A stretch of DNA of 63,745 bases, the filler included, from an uncultured Planctomycetaceae bacterium (GTDB lineage: Bacteria > Planctomycetota > Planctomycetia > Planctomycetales > Planctomycetaceae): NCBI GenBank assembly GCA_963976765.1. It is 4 parts of 3 records of this genome, joined end to end, with 100 filler letters (N's around TTAATTAATTAA, not from the genome) between each part and the next. Parts side by side here need not be neighbours in the genome. Positions count along the whole stretch, not along the records: positions 19,836 to 51,179 come from CAXBME010000051.1; positions 51,280 to 63,745 come from CAXBME010000064.1; 2 more parts are not named here. One strand, given 5' to 3'. The notes below the pieces were generated by a model, which saw only the letters and a program-made list of their open reading frames with translations, had not been told where the DNA came from and did not search any database. The position numbers and the translations under genes are program-made. Positions 43,775-54,158 of the stretch are shown here, one piece after another (positions within the stretch are counted from its first letter, which is position 1; each line of letters begins with the position of its first letter).

Positions 43775-44164
43775 ATGGGCGGCCATCACGTTAACTGCGA
43801 CCAGTGTAATTTTGAAATCACGTTCGGACACTCGCCGGATACGTCGAACTCGATGGCGCTATGCACGAATTGCCATGCGCGATATGCCATACCAACCGCG
43901 AACCGATTTGGTGCTGAGGCGGGAGACCGACTTGAACTGCACCTTGTAACCGCAGGCAAAAAGCAAAAACAAGATGTTCTAACCGCAACTGCCGTATTTT
44001 TTACCGTGCTTGCTTCAGATCGTGAAGGTTGTGTGACGTATCCGCTGGACGTCGTGCACTGTCCTGAATGTGACTGCAATTCAGTTATCGGCCATCTGAA
44101 AAACGGGGACGCGTGCCCAATCTGCAAGAGCGGTTACCTTACAGCTGACTTCGTCGAACTTTGA
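43775..44164 (+). CDS. Small double zinc-ribbon-like protein
   Basis: Four CxxC pairs (CDQC, CTNC, CPEC, CPIC). Confidence 0.7.
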   Translation: MGGHHVNCDQCNFEITFGHSPDTSNSMALCTNCHARYAIPTANRFGAEAGDRLELHLVTAGKKQKQDVLTATAVFFTVLASDREGCVTYPLDVVHCPECDCNSVIGHLKNGDACPICKSGYLTADFVEL

Positions 44165-44169
44165 GTTTC

Positions 44170-44195
44170 GTAGGGTGCGTCTTGACGCACCCTAC
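44170..44195. repeat. GTAG-type REP-like palindrome / bidirectional hairpin
   Basis: Perfect GTAGGGTGCGTC-TT-GACGCACCCTAC between convergent genes. Confidence 0.7.
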
Positions 44196-44205
44196 TGGTT
44201 TGACT

Positions 44206-45663
44206 TCAGGCATCATCGGTTGCTGGTAACGGATCGGGGGCGTTGTCTTCGGTGTTCATCCGGAACAGGCCGACCGGAAAGTGGATCAGGCGGAGCGGCG
44301 TGGCTCCGATCAGTTGCGAGACGACGTGGCGGGTTCCGTGCGAGTCGGTTTCGCGAATTCGAACGGCCAGGAGCAGGCTGGCCAGACGCAGCAGGATGCT
44401 CACAAGAAACAGCGTGCGGTAGGAACTCAAAGGGACGCCGAAGACGACGGTGCCGAGGCTGGTCCAGGTCAGTAGGCCTCCGCAGACGACAGAGGTGATT
44501 CCGCCGATGAGTCCTGCCAGTGCCGTGCCGGCGGCGATGAACATCGTCCGGTTGCCCGACGGCGACTTCGTCAGCATGAAGCCGTTCGTCGCCACGACGA
44601 AGCCGGCATTCAGGATCGAATCCAGAATGAAGACGGGGACCAGAATCGGAAACGCGACGTCTGGATCGTTCGGGACGAGAATCAGCGCGATCATGTTAGA
44701 CGATTTCAACATCGTGCACAGAATCAGAATCGGTCGGTGCCCGAACCGTTCCGCCAGCTTGCCGATTCTGGCCGAAAAGATGGCTCCACCGACCCAGCAG
44801 AATACCCACAGCAGCAACAGTCGGGACAATGACATGCCGACTTCAGCCAGCAGAAACAGGCTGATGAACGGCGCTCCGACCATCGCGGCGAAATGCCAGA
44901 AACTCATGAAGCTGATGAACGATCTGAAGTCGCGATTTCGAAACGGCTCGGCCAGCACTTTGCGAATACGGGTTTCTGTGATTTTTGTGACGGGCGGTTC
45001 ATGCACGGGCCAGAACAGCAGGATGTCGGACACGCCAAGGATCGCCGCCATGACAATCAGAATGGCAAATGCCGTCTGGATCTGATCAGAGTAAGACTGC
45101 AACAGGTACGAAGCGAACAGCAACGATGCCGCACCCGCCCACTGCATCCATAGATGCCGCACTCCCCAGAAATGACTCAGCCGGCTGCGCGGCAGATAGT
45201 CGCCCATCCACGACATCCAGAGCGGCGTCGCAAAGTGCAGCAGCCCGTGATTCAGTGTTGAAAGTCCGACGAAGCTCCATAGCCAGGCCGTGGGCGAGAC
45301 TTCCGGAAACAGGACCGGCCCCAGCGCGACTGGTAGTAAAATCAGCCGTTGAACGATCGAAACGGCCATCCAGAGTCCACGGCGGAATTTGAGATGGTTC
45401 GCGACAACCGCTGACAGAAACTGAACGAACAGCATGCCGGTTGGAATCGCTCCCAGAATTCCGATATGCAAACCCGATCCACCGAGGTGTCTCGCGAATT
45501 CAATCCCGGCGGGGCACAGTGTCAACTGCGTATAGGCCATGCCCAGACATCCCGCAAAAACGATTGTCTTTCCGTGAGCGATATCGTGCAGACCATCCGC
45601 CACGTTGGTCAGTGTCACAACACTGGGAGCGGTCGGTTCGTCAGTTGACTTCGCGGGGGACAT
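44206..45663 (-). CDS. MFS transporter
   Basis: About 12 hydrophobic segments; motif-A-like GKLAERFGHRP; WMSWMGD. Confidence 0.88.
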   Translation of the reverse strand: MSPAKSTDEPTAPSVVTLTNVADGLHDIAHGKTIVFAGCLGMAYTQLTLCPAGIEFARHLGGSGLHIGILGAIPTGMLFVQFLSAVVANHLKFRRGLWMAVSIVQRLILLPVALGPVLFPEVSPTAWLWSFVGLSTLNHGLLHFATPLWMSWMGDYLPRSRLSHFWGVRHLWMQWAGAASLLFASYLLQSYSDQIQTAFAILIVMAAILGVSDILLFWPVHEPPVTKITETRIRKVLAEPFRNRDFRSFISFMSFWHFAAMVGAPFISLFLLAEVGMSLSRLLLLWVFCWVGGAIFSARIGKLAERFGHRPILILCTMLKSSNMIALILVPNDPDVAFPILVPVFILDSILNAGFVVATNGFMLTKSPSGNRTMFIAAGTALAGLIGGITSVVCGGLLTWTSLGTVVFGVPLSSYRTLFLVSILLRLASLLLAVRIRETDSHGTRHVVSQLIGATPLRLIHFPVGLFRMNTEDNAPDPLPATDDA

Positions 45664-45908
45664 TCAGGCGGGACTCGGAGGGAAGATGGGGTCGGCGGGG
45701 TGGTCGCGCCAAGTTGTAGCAGGTTGAGGCAAATCCGGGATGCCCAATCAGTGGTGACCGAAATCTGGCGGGACTGCTACGGTGGTATACTGCCGAAACT
45801 CGGCCTTGAGGTCGACCGCTTTGACATCAGCATCAGCAAGATGAATGTCCTTGAGCTTTCAAGCTGACTCGCGGTCGTTAAGAATGAAAACTCTCTGAGC
45901 GTGTCAGG

Positions 45909-48900
45909 ATGGAGTTTTCCTTGAACGACCACCAAAGCAGCGTGACATCGTTTCTGCAACTCGCACTGGCTGGTGTGTTAGCGCTGTCGTTGTCGATCAT
46001 CGTCCTGGCAGCGGGGCCTGCAAGTGAAAATGGCAACGACGGCCTGCGTTTGTTCAACGAACAGGTCGAGCCGCTTCTGAATTCGAAGTGCTTCGGTTGC
46101 CACTCTCACGCGTCGGGGGAGATGGGAGGCGGCTTGACGCTGGATTCTCGCAGTGGTTGGATCGAAGGTGGAGAACACGGTCCGGCTATTGTGCCAGGTA
46201 ATCCGGGAGATAGTTTGCTGATTAAGGCCGTGCGCCGCGAAGACGCGAAGCTTCAGATGCCACCGGATGAGAATTTGTCCGCCGCAGAAATTGAGATCCT
46301 GACCACATGGATCAAACGCGGCGCTCCGGACCCGAGGATCACCAGGCCGGTCCTGAAGCACGACAACGACGCGACTGACTGGTGGTCGTTGCAACCTTTG
46401 AAGAGGGCGGCTGTTCCCGGCGCCGCTCCGGCGAAAAAGCAACCAGACAATCCGATCGACGCGTTCGTCGAGCAACGACTTCTTGCCAAGGGCATCACTC
46501 CCACACCTCGCGCAGATCGCCGGGCTTTGATCCGACGGCTTTATGTCGACCTGCACGGTTTGCCGCCGACTCCAGAAGCGGTTGAGTCGTTCGTTGCAGA
46601 CTCCGATCCTCAGGCCTGTGAAAAGCTGGTGGACCGTTTGCTCGACTCAGAACGCTACGGCGAACGCTGGGCGCGACACTGGCTCGATACCGTGCACTTT
46701 GCCGATTCGCACGGGTGCGAACATGACGTCTTCCGACCGAACGCCTGGCGATATCGAGATTACGTGATCGGGAGTTTCAACCGGGATACGCCGTGGGGAC
46801 GGTTTATTCGTGAACAGCTGGCGGCCGATCGATTTTACCCGGACGAGCCTCAATTGACGCCAGCGTTGGGGTTCATCGCCGCAGGACCGCTTGAACTAAG
46901 TCGGGCTGGAACGGCACCGGTGACGTTTGATTACCTGGACCGCGATGACATGGTAACTCAGACGATGGCCGCCTTCGTCAGCACCACCGCCAACTGCGCG
47001 CGATGTCACTACCACAAGTTTGATCCAATCAGCCAGGAAGACTACTACTCGTTGCAGGCCGTGTTTGCTGGAGTCGGTAAGGGAGCGATCGAGTTTGACG
47101 CCGATCCCCAGGTCGCCCGGGAACGTCGGCGTCTCAACGAACTGCTGACCGCTGCGAAAAGCGGCGATCAACCCACTCTGCTGGCAGAAGAGCTCGCAGA
47201 CATCGTCTTGAAGTGGGAAGAGGAATTCGGACATCAGCCCGCGGCGTGGCTGCCGCTGGCACCAACCGGGTTTGCCTCTTCAGACGGATCGACGCTCAAG
47301 CTGCAGGGGGACCATTCGATTCTCGCGTCCGATATTCGGCCGGAGAAAGACACTTACACAATCACCGCGTCAAGCCCGGTCACAAAGCTGACGGCACTTC
47401 GATTGGACGTACTTACTGACGACAGCCTGCCGCTGAAAGGGCCTGGTCGGCAGGACAATGGTAACCTGCACCTCTCGGAGTTTGAGGCGTTTGTCGTCGA
47501 GCCTGAGGCAACTGAGCGGACTCCGCTCAAAATCAAGAAGGCGACGGCTGATTGGGATCAGTCTGGTTGGACGATTTCTCACGCACTCGACGGAAACGTT
47601 GCGACAGCCTGGGGCATCTATCCGAAGGTCGGCGCGTCGCACTACGCGGTGTTTGAGCTGGACGAGCCGGTAACGCTCAAGCCTTCAAGTCAACTGGTTG
47701 TCGTACTGAAGCAACTGCACGGCGGAGGGCACTTGATTGGTCGAGCAAAGCTGTACGCGACAGACGCACCCGGAGCATCGGCCAACGTTTTACCGGAGAC
47801 GGTTCTGGCGGCGATGAAGATCGAGCGTGATCAACGTTCGGACGAGCAGCGGACAGCCGTCGCGGCTCATGCATTGCGGACTTACGCCGAACGGCAACTC
47901 GCCAGTCTGCCCGCTCAGTTAATGGTCTACGCCGTGTCAAGCAGTTACTCGCACGCTGCCAGACAAGCCAATCCAATCTCTCCGAAAATCGTCCACGTTT
48001 TGCGGCGAGGCGACATTGATAAGCCCGGAGTAGTTGCCTCTCCCGGCACATTGTCAGCAATCACCCGTCTTCCCGGGCGTTTTGATCTGGCCGACCCGAA
48101 TGACGAGGCGTCTCGACGCGCGGCGCTGGCCGAGTGGCTGGCGTCAGCGGACAACCCGCTCACCTGGCGGAGCATCGTGAACCGGACATGGGCTCACCAT
48201 TTTGGGCGAGGTCTGTGCGACACGCCGAACGACTTTGGTCGAATGGGGGACACACCTTCGCACCCGGAACTGCTGGACTGGCTGGCGGTCTGGTTTCGTG
48301 ATGATGCCAAAGGATCACTGAAACAGCTGCACCGGTTGATTCTGCTGTCGTCGACGTGGCAGCGCGCGTCAACGATGCCTCAGGCATCGAGTGTGCCGTC
48401 AGAAGTTCGCACCGATCAATCTGCAAACGCGGCGGCGATCGACTCGGACAATCGATTGCTGTGGCGGATGAATCGTCGGCGACTGGACGCTGAGTCTTAC
48501 CGCGATTCTATTCTCCAGATTTCCGGCCGGATCGATCTGACGATGGGCGGCCCCGGCATTCAGCAATTCACGCAGTCAAAGGGGGCTCAGGCAACGCCGA
48601 AGCTGGACTACGACGCTTTTGACTGGAGTAACCCGTCGGCCGCGCGGCGCAGTATCTACCGGGTTGTCTGGCGAGGTATTGCGGATCCATTTATGGAATC
48701 GCTCGATTTTCCGGATCTCGGGCTGCTGCCGTCGAAGCGCGGTGAGTCCATCTCCGCATTGCAGGCGTTGTCCGTCTTCAACAACGATTTCGTTCTGCAC
48801 CACAGCCAGGTGATAGCGACGTTGCTGCAGACAGCTCAGCCAACGATTGATGAGCAGGTCGCACAGGCCTGTCGGCTGATTTATTTGCGTGAGCCTCGCG

Positions 48901-49001
48901 TCGAAGAACGCTCGTTACTGACTGCGTATGCTCAGAAGCACGGACTTGCGGCAACGTGCCGGGTTCTGCTGAACAGCAGCGAATTTCTCTTCGTGGAATA
49001 A
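45909..49001 (+). CDS. Planctomycete cytochrome c + DUF1549 + DUF1553 (PSD1) protein
   Basis: CFGCH; YGERWARHWLD; CARCHYHKFDPI; VNRTWAHHFGRG; PSHPELLDWLA; LLNSSEFLF. Confidence 0.93.
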   Translation: MEFSLNDHQSSVTSFLQLALAGVLALSLSIIVLAAGPASENGNDGLRLFNEQVEPLLNSKCFGCHSHASGEMGGGLTLDSRSGWIEGGEHGPAIVPGNPGDSLLIKAVRREDAKLQMPPDENLSAAEIEILTTWIKRGAPDPRITRPVLKHDNDATDWWSLQPLKRAAVPGAAPAKKQPDNPIDAFVEQRLLAKGITPTPRADRRALIRRLYVDLHGLPPTPEAVESFVADSDPQACEKLVDRLLDSERYGERWARHWLDTVHFADSHGCEHDVFRPNAWRYRDYVIGSFNRDTPWGRFIREQLAADRFYPDEPQLTPALGFIAAGPLELSRAGTAPVTFDYLDRDDMVTQTMAAFVSTTANCARCHYHKFDPISQEDYYSLQAVFAGVGKGAIEFDADPQVARERRRLNELLTAAKSGDQPTLLAEELADIVLKWEEEFGHQPAAWLPLAPTGFASSDGSTLKLQGDHSILASDIRPEKDTYTITASSPVTKLTALRLDVLTDDSLPLKGPGRQDNGNLHLSEFEAFVVEPEATERTPLKIKKATADWDQSGWTISHALDGNVATAWGIYPKVGASHYAVFELDEPVTLKPSSQLVVVLKQLHGGGHLIGRAKLYATDAPGASANVLPETVLAAMKIERDQRSDEQRTAVAAHALRTYAERQLASLPAQLMVYAVSSSYSHAARQANPISPKIVHVLRRGDIDKPGVVASPGTLSAITRLPGRFDLADPNDEASRRAALAEWLASADNPLTWRSIVNRTWAHHFGRGLCDTPNDFGRMGDTPSHPELLDWLAVWFRDDAKGSLKQLHRLILLSSTWQRASTMPQASSVPSEVRTDQSANAAAIDSDNRLLWRMNRRRLDAESYRDSILQISGRIDLTMGGPGIQQFTQSKGAQATPKLDYDAFDWSNPSAARRSIYRVVWRGIADPFMESLDFPDLGLLPSKRGESISALQALSVFNNDFVLHHSQVIATLLQTAQPTIDEQVAQACRLIYLREPRVEERSLLTAYAQKHGLAATCRVLLNSSEFLFVE

Positions 49002-49019
49002 GAACAGGGCAAATCAGAC

Positions 49020-50441
49020 ATGAGCAACTCGCGGCGGGATTTTCTGTGGGACATTGGTGGCGGCCTGGGCGGGCTGGCCGTGTCGCAGATGCTTGCGCGT
49101 GAGGCGTTGTCGGCGGACGGTGCTCGACCGAAGCCGGATTTAAACGGCGGGTTGCATCATCCCGCGAAAGCTCGACGCGTGATTCAGCTCTTCATGACCG
49201 GCGGCGCGAGTCCAATGGACACGTTTGATTACAAGCCAGGGCTGGAGAAGCTGCACGGGCAGAAACTGGGCCCCGAGAAAAAACCGGAAGGCTTCACCGC
49301 GATGCCCGGCGCGATCATGAAGAGCCCGTTCAAATTCAAGCAGCACGGCGAAAGTGGCCGCTGGGTCAGCAGCGTTTTTCCTCATCAGGCTGAAGTCGTC
49401 GACGAGATGGCTTTTCTGATGGCGATGGCGTCGAAGACCAACGTGCACGGACCGGGCACCTACATGATGAACTCGGGATTTCTGTTACCAGGGTTCCCGT
49501 CAATGGGGGCCTGGATTTCTTACGGACTTGGAAACCTGACTGACGAACTGCCGACCTTTGTCGTGCTGCCGGACGCGAAGGGGCTGCCTTACAACCAGAA
49601 GGGACCGTTCTCGGCGGGCTTTCTTCCCGCCGTGAATCAGGGAACGGTAATCAACGCGTCGGGAGAGAATCCAATCCCCGATTTGTTTGCTCGGGAGAAG
49701 TACAAGTTCGCGACAAACGCCGCCGACCGCGATGGCTTCGAACTGTTGAGAAAGCTGAACGCCGGGCACGCTGAAAAAACTCCGCAGGATTCGCTGCTCG
49801 ATGCCCGCATCAAGTCGTACGAACTGGCCGCCCGCATGCAGCTGTCTGCTCCGGAAGCATTTGATGTTTCCCGAGAAAGCGAATCGACTCACCAGGCCTA
49901 CGGTTTGAACGAACCGGTGACTGAAGACTTTGGACGTCGCTGCCTGCTGGCTCGGCGACTGGTCGAGCGAGGCACTCGGTTTGTGCAGGTCTGGAGCGGT
50001 CCGCAGGGAGCAACCGGCAACTGGGACAACCACGGCAGCATTCCGAAAGAGCTGCCGCCGATCGCGAAGTCGGTCGATCAGCCGATCGCCGCTTTAATTC
50101 GCGACTTGCGATCGCGCGGCCTGTTCGACGACACGCTACTGATCTGGACGACCGAGTTTGGTCGCACGCCGTTCGCTCAGGGCGGCGATGGCCGAGACCA
50201 CAACGGCGGCTCGTTCGTTACCTGGTTGGCCGGAGCCGGCGTCAAAGCGGGAGTCGCCTACGGACAAAGCGACGACTGGGGATACAAGGCGGAAGAAGGA
50301 AAAACCTACTGCTACGACTTCCATGCCACCGTGCTGCATCTTCTGGGCATCGACCACAAACGCCTGACCTGCCGCCAGAACGGCATCGACCGCCGCCTCA
50401 CCGACGTCCACGGCCACGTCGTCCAGGAAATTCTGGCGTAG
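49020..50441 (+). CDS. DUF1501 domain protein (Tat-exported)
   Basis: SRRDFL; GGASPMDTFD; ARRLVERG; WDNH; EFGRTP; GRDHN; directly follows the DUF1553 gene, as is typical. Confidence 0.93.
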   Translation: MSNSRRDFLWDIGGGLGGLAVSQMLAREALSADGARPKPDLNGGLHHPAKARRVIQLFMTGGASPMDTFDYKPGLEKLHGQKLGPEKKPEGFTAMPGAIMKSPFKFKQHGESGRWVSSVFPHQAEVVDEMAFLMAMASKTNVHGPGTYMMNSGFLLPGFPSMGAWISYGLGNLTDELPTFVVLPDAKGLPYNQKGPFSAGFLPAVNQGTVINASGENPIPDLFAREKYKFATNAADRDGFELLRKLNAGHAEKTPQDSLLDARIKSYELAARMQLSAPEAFDVSRESESTHQAYGLNEPVTEDFGRRCLLARRLVERGTRFVQVWSGPQGATGNWDNHGSIPKELPPIAKSVDQPIAALIRDLRSRGLFDDTLLIWTTEFGRTPFAQGGDGRDHNGGSFVTWLAGAGVKAGVAYGQSDDWGYKAEEGKTYCYDFHATVLHLLGIDHKRLTCRQNGIDRRLTDVHGHVVQEILA

Positions 50442-50514
50442 CCATAAATGTTTACGACCAAAGCTTTCACTCTTCATCAAGCTCCGAGGATAAGGCACTC
50501 TTGTGCCTGCGGCA

Positions 50515-50543
50515 CCCAGACAATCTAAAAGAGATTGTCTGGG
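50515..50543. repeat. Perfect 12-bp hairpin between convergent genes
   Basis: CCCAGACAATCT-AAAAG-AGATTGTCTGGG. Confidence 0.65.
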
Positions 50544-50553
50544 CCACCCTGCG

Positions 50554-51098
50554 TTACGACGGAGGAACAATGTGATGAACTCTAGCCATGACGTTCTCGT
50601 AGCCGTATGGAGGTAGTTGAGGGATTTCAGAACCATCAACGAGCATGTTGTACGACAGTGCGATGGTGACTGGGGCATGGTTTGCCATGCAGTCAAACAC
50701 GAAATGAAATGGGCATATCATCATTTCACGGCCGGGCGATACAACGGCGACCATCTTGTATGGTGTTCCGTTCTTTTCATATATGACGTTGACCCATTCC
50801 CAGTTCAACGTGGCAACAAGTTGTTCCCCCACAGACTGCCGAGTGTCAACGGTTCGTGCTTGAATGGGCTTTCCGGCGCTGGTAACGATTGCTTCTGCCA
50901 GTGGCGAATATGATCGTTAACTGCTTGGACCAATTCCTGCGCAGATAATGCTTCCATGTCGAGATTGAGTTCTGTTGCACAGTCGCGAGCGCATCCACGG
51001 ACACTATTCAACATGTCGGCGTCGAGTGGCTGTTCGGAGTATTCAGGCGACGCACTCGAAGATGACTGTTTCTTCTTGAAGCGATCGAATAGTCCCAT
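50554..51098 (-). pseudogene. Frameshifted hypothetical gene (DUF3806-like), gene-cassette-like
   Basis: ORFs 50805..51098 and 50554..50832 join as LGSLWG-EQLVATLNWEW if one G is added to the G5 run at 50826-50830; GGAG RBS. Confidence 0.65.
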
Positions 51099-51121
51099 TT
51101 AGGTCTCCGTTCGGCTTTGCC

Positions 51122-51179
51122 AGCTAACGACCCGCATCACCGGGCGGCGGGAGTTGACGATGATTTCAGAATCCGCTGG
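51122..51179 (-). mobile_element. Right half of a putative integron attC site, cut by the contig end
   Basis: Minus strand ...CCGCCGCCCGGTGATGCGGGTC-GTTAGCT, then RBS and ATG within about 25 nt. Confidence 0.6.
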
Positions 51180-51279
51180 NNNNNNNNNNNNNNNNNNNNN
51201 NNNNNNNNNNNNNNNNNNNNNNNTTAATTAATTAANNNNNNNNNNNNNNNNNNNNNNNNNNNNNNNNNNNNNNNNNNNN
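51180..51279. other. Artificial contig linker
   Basis: 44 N + TTAATTAATTAA + 44 N. Confidence 0.98.
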
Positions 51280-51536
51280 TCAGGCCGCTGAGACTCTCAT
51301 AACACATGGATCAGTTTGAGGGAGGCACTCCAATTCGACGGTCAGAGACATCCAGGAATAGTATTGGGCGATCGCTTTGTCCGATCGTTGCCAACCCAGT
51401 CTTCGCCGAAGAGTCCTGCCATTCATGTTGAGAAATCGTCCGTCGTGCAGGCCGATGAAACACTGGTTAAAATGCTCGCTCGGGCGTGGTCGCAGCTGAA
51501 ACGGATAACGATCTAGCAAAACCTCGGATTTAAAAT

Positions 51537-52508
51537 CTACCACGCGAAGGTGGATACAAATGCTCCAGTTCCCGAGTTTCGCTCAAGGACATGAAGCTGC
51601 GAGGTGGAACCCTTGAGTACCCACATCGACTGACAGGTTGAGCCAACCTGAATACTGCTTTCAAGAATTGCACGTTCTTCCGCAGTTGCTTCAAGCTCTT
51701 CGAAAACTCTGTCAAACTCGCCGTTTAGTATTAGAGGCCTGCGATCCAGGACACCCGCGATCGTAGCTTCCGAAATCTGACTCGTATGCAGGATTGCGCG
51801 AACGGACTTGTCGGACGCGCGAACCAGATTTAAGGAACGGCTACCCCAGCACGTAATATCACGAGTCGCTTGAGCAAGCTGAAATGCCGGGTTTGATACT
51901 TCATGGCGCACTCCAAAAACTTGTCCCCAACTGTCAAAGGCGATCGCATCACTGGATTCCTCGACGACTTCGAATGGCCGTAGTGTAACTTTTAAGACTG
52001 AGGCAGTTTCGCCAGAGTCGAGTTCACGAACTGACAGGGTTACACCTTGTTGTCCAGCAGTGTGGAAAACCCGATTCAAATTGACTTTTGCGTCTTCGTC
52101 CGCCAATAGCAGTCGATATCGCGATCCATTCAATACGAAACTGTTCTCGAAAACATGACCAGACTTGGATTCGTCGGACTGGGCAATTGGAGGCAGCCGG
52201 GCATTAAGGATCTCTTCTGCTCGGGCAAGTACAGAGGATTCAAAACTTGTGGTGGCCCATTTTTCACGAATATGCGACTCACGATCTGCGGCCGTCATCA
52301 CAAGTGTCAAACTTTGTTGAGCCATTGATGCAGTCAGGACAACCACCAGCAATAGCATGACCAGGACGGATACAAGTGCAAAACCGTGACGAGATGATCG
52401 GAATCTTGTGGAGCCTAGCCCGAAAACACTGCCGAGATTTTCGGACATACAGCAAGGCATTTTTCCTTTTAGCACGTTAGAGGCTCCCGAATGCTGCAAC
52501 TCAATCAC
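51537..52508 (-). CDS. gspK: GspK-like minor pseudopilin (start uncertain)
   Basis: RHG|FALVSVL hydrophobic N-terminus lacking Glu5; DEDAKVNLN motif and a second LNL..AS repeat. Confidence 0.75.
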   Translation of the reverse strand: MIELQHSGASNVLKGKMPCCMSENLGSVFGLGSTRFRSSRHGFALVSVLVMLLLVVVLTASMAQQSLTLVMTAADRESHIREKWATTSFESSVLARAEEILNARLPPIAQSDESKSGHVFENSFVLNGSRYRLLLADEDAKVNLNRVFHTAGQQGVTLSVRELDSGETASVLKVTLRPFEVVEESSDAIAFDSWGQVFGVRHEVSNPAFQLAQATRDITCWGSRSLNLVRASDKSVRAILHTSQISEATIAGVLDRRPLILNGEFDRVFEELEATAEERAILESSIQVGSTCQSMWVLKGSTSQLHVLERNSGTGAFVSTFAW

Positions 52509-53074
52509 CAGGTTACCCCTCGAATAATCGTGACGTCAGTAGCCAAGGTGTCATCTTCTTTGAGCATGACGCATCGAACTTTTGCTGGTACAGGTGACAG
52601 GTCGATGCCGGGAAGTGTTGGAACGTAGTCGTTGATCGACTCCTCCGGTCGGCCTACTCGAATCTCACTGATCCCGCTTGCCAGCACCGTGATTTGTGAG
52701 TTCCGATTGGTCAGTTCGTCCAGATGACTTTCGCGTCGAACCAGCCATCGTTCACCATTGACCGGCACTAGAAAGTACGCCACTTCGGAAGGCCGTTGAG
52801 TTGGCATTCCGGACCGGAAATCTCTGCTTCCATATCCGACCAGCGTCAGCTGGTTACTGCGAACATGCAATCTTCGCGCATTCTTAAAGTCCCATTCGAT
52901 CTGCTGTTGGAGTCTGTATCGCCATGCCTCAGGCGTTGCCAGAGTGGACAACGCCACACGTTGTCGGTGTAACCCCGTGAGAATGCCACAAAGTCCGGCC
53001 ATCAACAACGAAACAAGAACGGCAGCAGCGAGTACTTCGATTAGAGTCATGCCACTACGGGCTCGTCGCGCCAT
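52505..53074 (-). CDS. GspJ-like prepilin-type protein
   Basis: Class III signal SG|MTLIEVL; position in the cluster. Confidence 0.8.
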   Translation of the reverse strand: MARRARSGMTLIEVLAAAVLVSLLMAGLCGILTGLHRQRVALSTLATPEAWRYRLQQQIEWDFKNARRLHVRSNQLTLVGYGSRDFRSGMPTQRPSEVAYFLVPVNGERWLVRRESHLDELTNRNSQITVLASGISEIRVGRPEESINDYVPTLPGIDLSPVPAKVRCVMLKEDDTLATDVTIIRGVTW

Positions 53075-53172
53075 CGAAAGATCCGTCGATTGAATGCCGC
53101 TGGCTTTTTCGATGTAGCGAGAGACCAGTTGAAGCGGTGTTAAATCCGAAAAGGCGAAACATCGCACCGTTG

Positions 53173-53586
53173 TTACTCCTCTTTAGATGGAACAAGGATC
53201 TGAAGAGAGCACAGCTTAGTTCCTGCCGCTTCGTCGTCTGCTGAGTCAAAAATTGCCAGCTCGACAATATTGCAAAGGAGCAAACTGGTTTCCGAAGAAT
53301 CGACGATCGTTGTTTTCCAGATCAGCCCCTGGCTTCCGTCGATGTTCGACGACGCATTGACCGGAATTCTTCTTCGTGAGACGCTCCAGGCAGCCATTAA
53401 CTGGTCCATTTCCTCAATGGCTTTCAGTCGTTTGATTGCAAGGACTGACTGCCTGGCATGTTGACCATACGCTGTAATCGTAGCTGCCAACAACGTGCCC
53501 ATCAGGGCAATTGCTGCGATGACTTCAACGAGCGTAAGACCTTGTCGTTTGAGGCAGCATGAGCAGTGCTTCGATTTCCTCATCAT
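53173..53586 (-). CDS. GspI-like prepilin-type protein
   Basis: Class III signal QG|LTLVEVI. Confidence 0.8.
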   Translation of the reverse strand: MMRKSKHCSCCLKRQGLTLVEVIAAIALMGTLLAATITAYGQHARQSVLAIKRLKAIEEMDQLMAAWSVSRRRIPVNASSNIDGSQGLIWKTTIVDSSETSLLLCNIVELAIFDSADDEAAGTKLCSLQILVPSKEE

Positions 53587-54115
53587 TTTCGTACTCCAGT
53601 GTTTGCCCAGTACCTCCTGCCACAAACAACCATCTGGCAGGCGTCTTTCCGGTCACGATCCGGACGGCAAACGAAGTGCTGCTGCCATCCGGTCGATATT
53701 GGATCGAAACTCGCCCAGTTTGGACGATTCGATGTCCCGCTGACACTCGATCTACCGGTATTTCTGTGGCGAGAATGGTTTCTCCCGCCGACTGATTGAT
53801 CTTCGAAAGTCGATGAGAATCAAGGTCGAGAATGAGCACCACCGTTCCAGTGTGTTGCTTGCCTGCCTGAATCCGAAGCTGGTTGTCTATGGTATGCAGG
53901 CGATCAACGAACAGCGTTCGGCCAGCTTCCTTAAGTGAATCCCGCACGGTAAGCATGGCCGCAGCCGCAAACATCGCGAGGATGACGGTGACAGCGATCA
54001 CCTCGACCAGCGTAAATGCCGAATCACCTGCCGTTGCGTGCGAATGACGAATGCTATTTGCGACTCCTGACGAATCGGCGACCGAGCCTTCTCCAGTCAG
54101 ACTTTGATTTCGCAT
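53525..54115 (-). CDS. GspH-like prepilin-type protein
   Basis: SA|FTLVEVI; C-terminal I.Y.PDG.S and GTG motifs. Confidence 0.8.
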   Translation of the reverse strand: MRNQSLTGEGSVADSSGVANSIRHSHATAGDSAFTLVEVIAVTVILAMFAAAAMLTVRDSLKEAGRTLFVDRLHTIDNQLRIQAGKQHTGTVVLILDLDSHRLSKINQSAGETILATEIPVDRVSAGHRIVQTGRVSIQYRPDGSSTSFAVRIVTGKTPARWLFVAGGTGQTLEYENDEEIEALLMLPQTTRSYAR

Positions 54116-54158
54116 GAGCCTGCATTTCTAAGAGATAAGGACTCCACGAATTGATGGT

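Noticed and set aside
51280..51543. Possible gspL-like gene after gspK
   Set aside because: All minus frames stop within the fragment and no motif is recognisable, so it cannot be supported
50554..52508. Apparent linkage of the attC/cassette with the T2SS-RHS locus
   Set aside because: They are separated by a contig linker, so the adjacency is arbitrary
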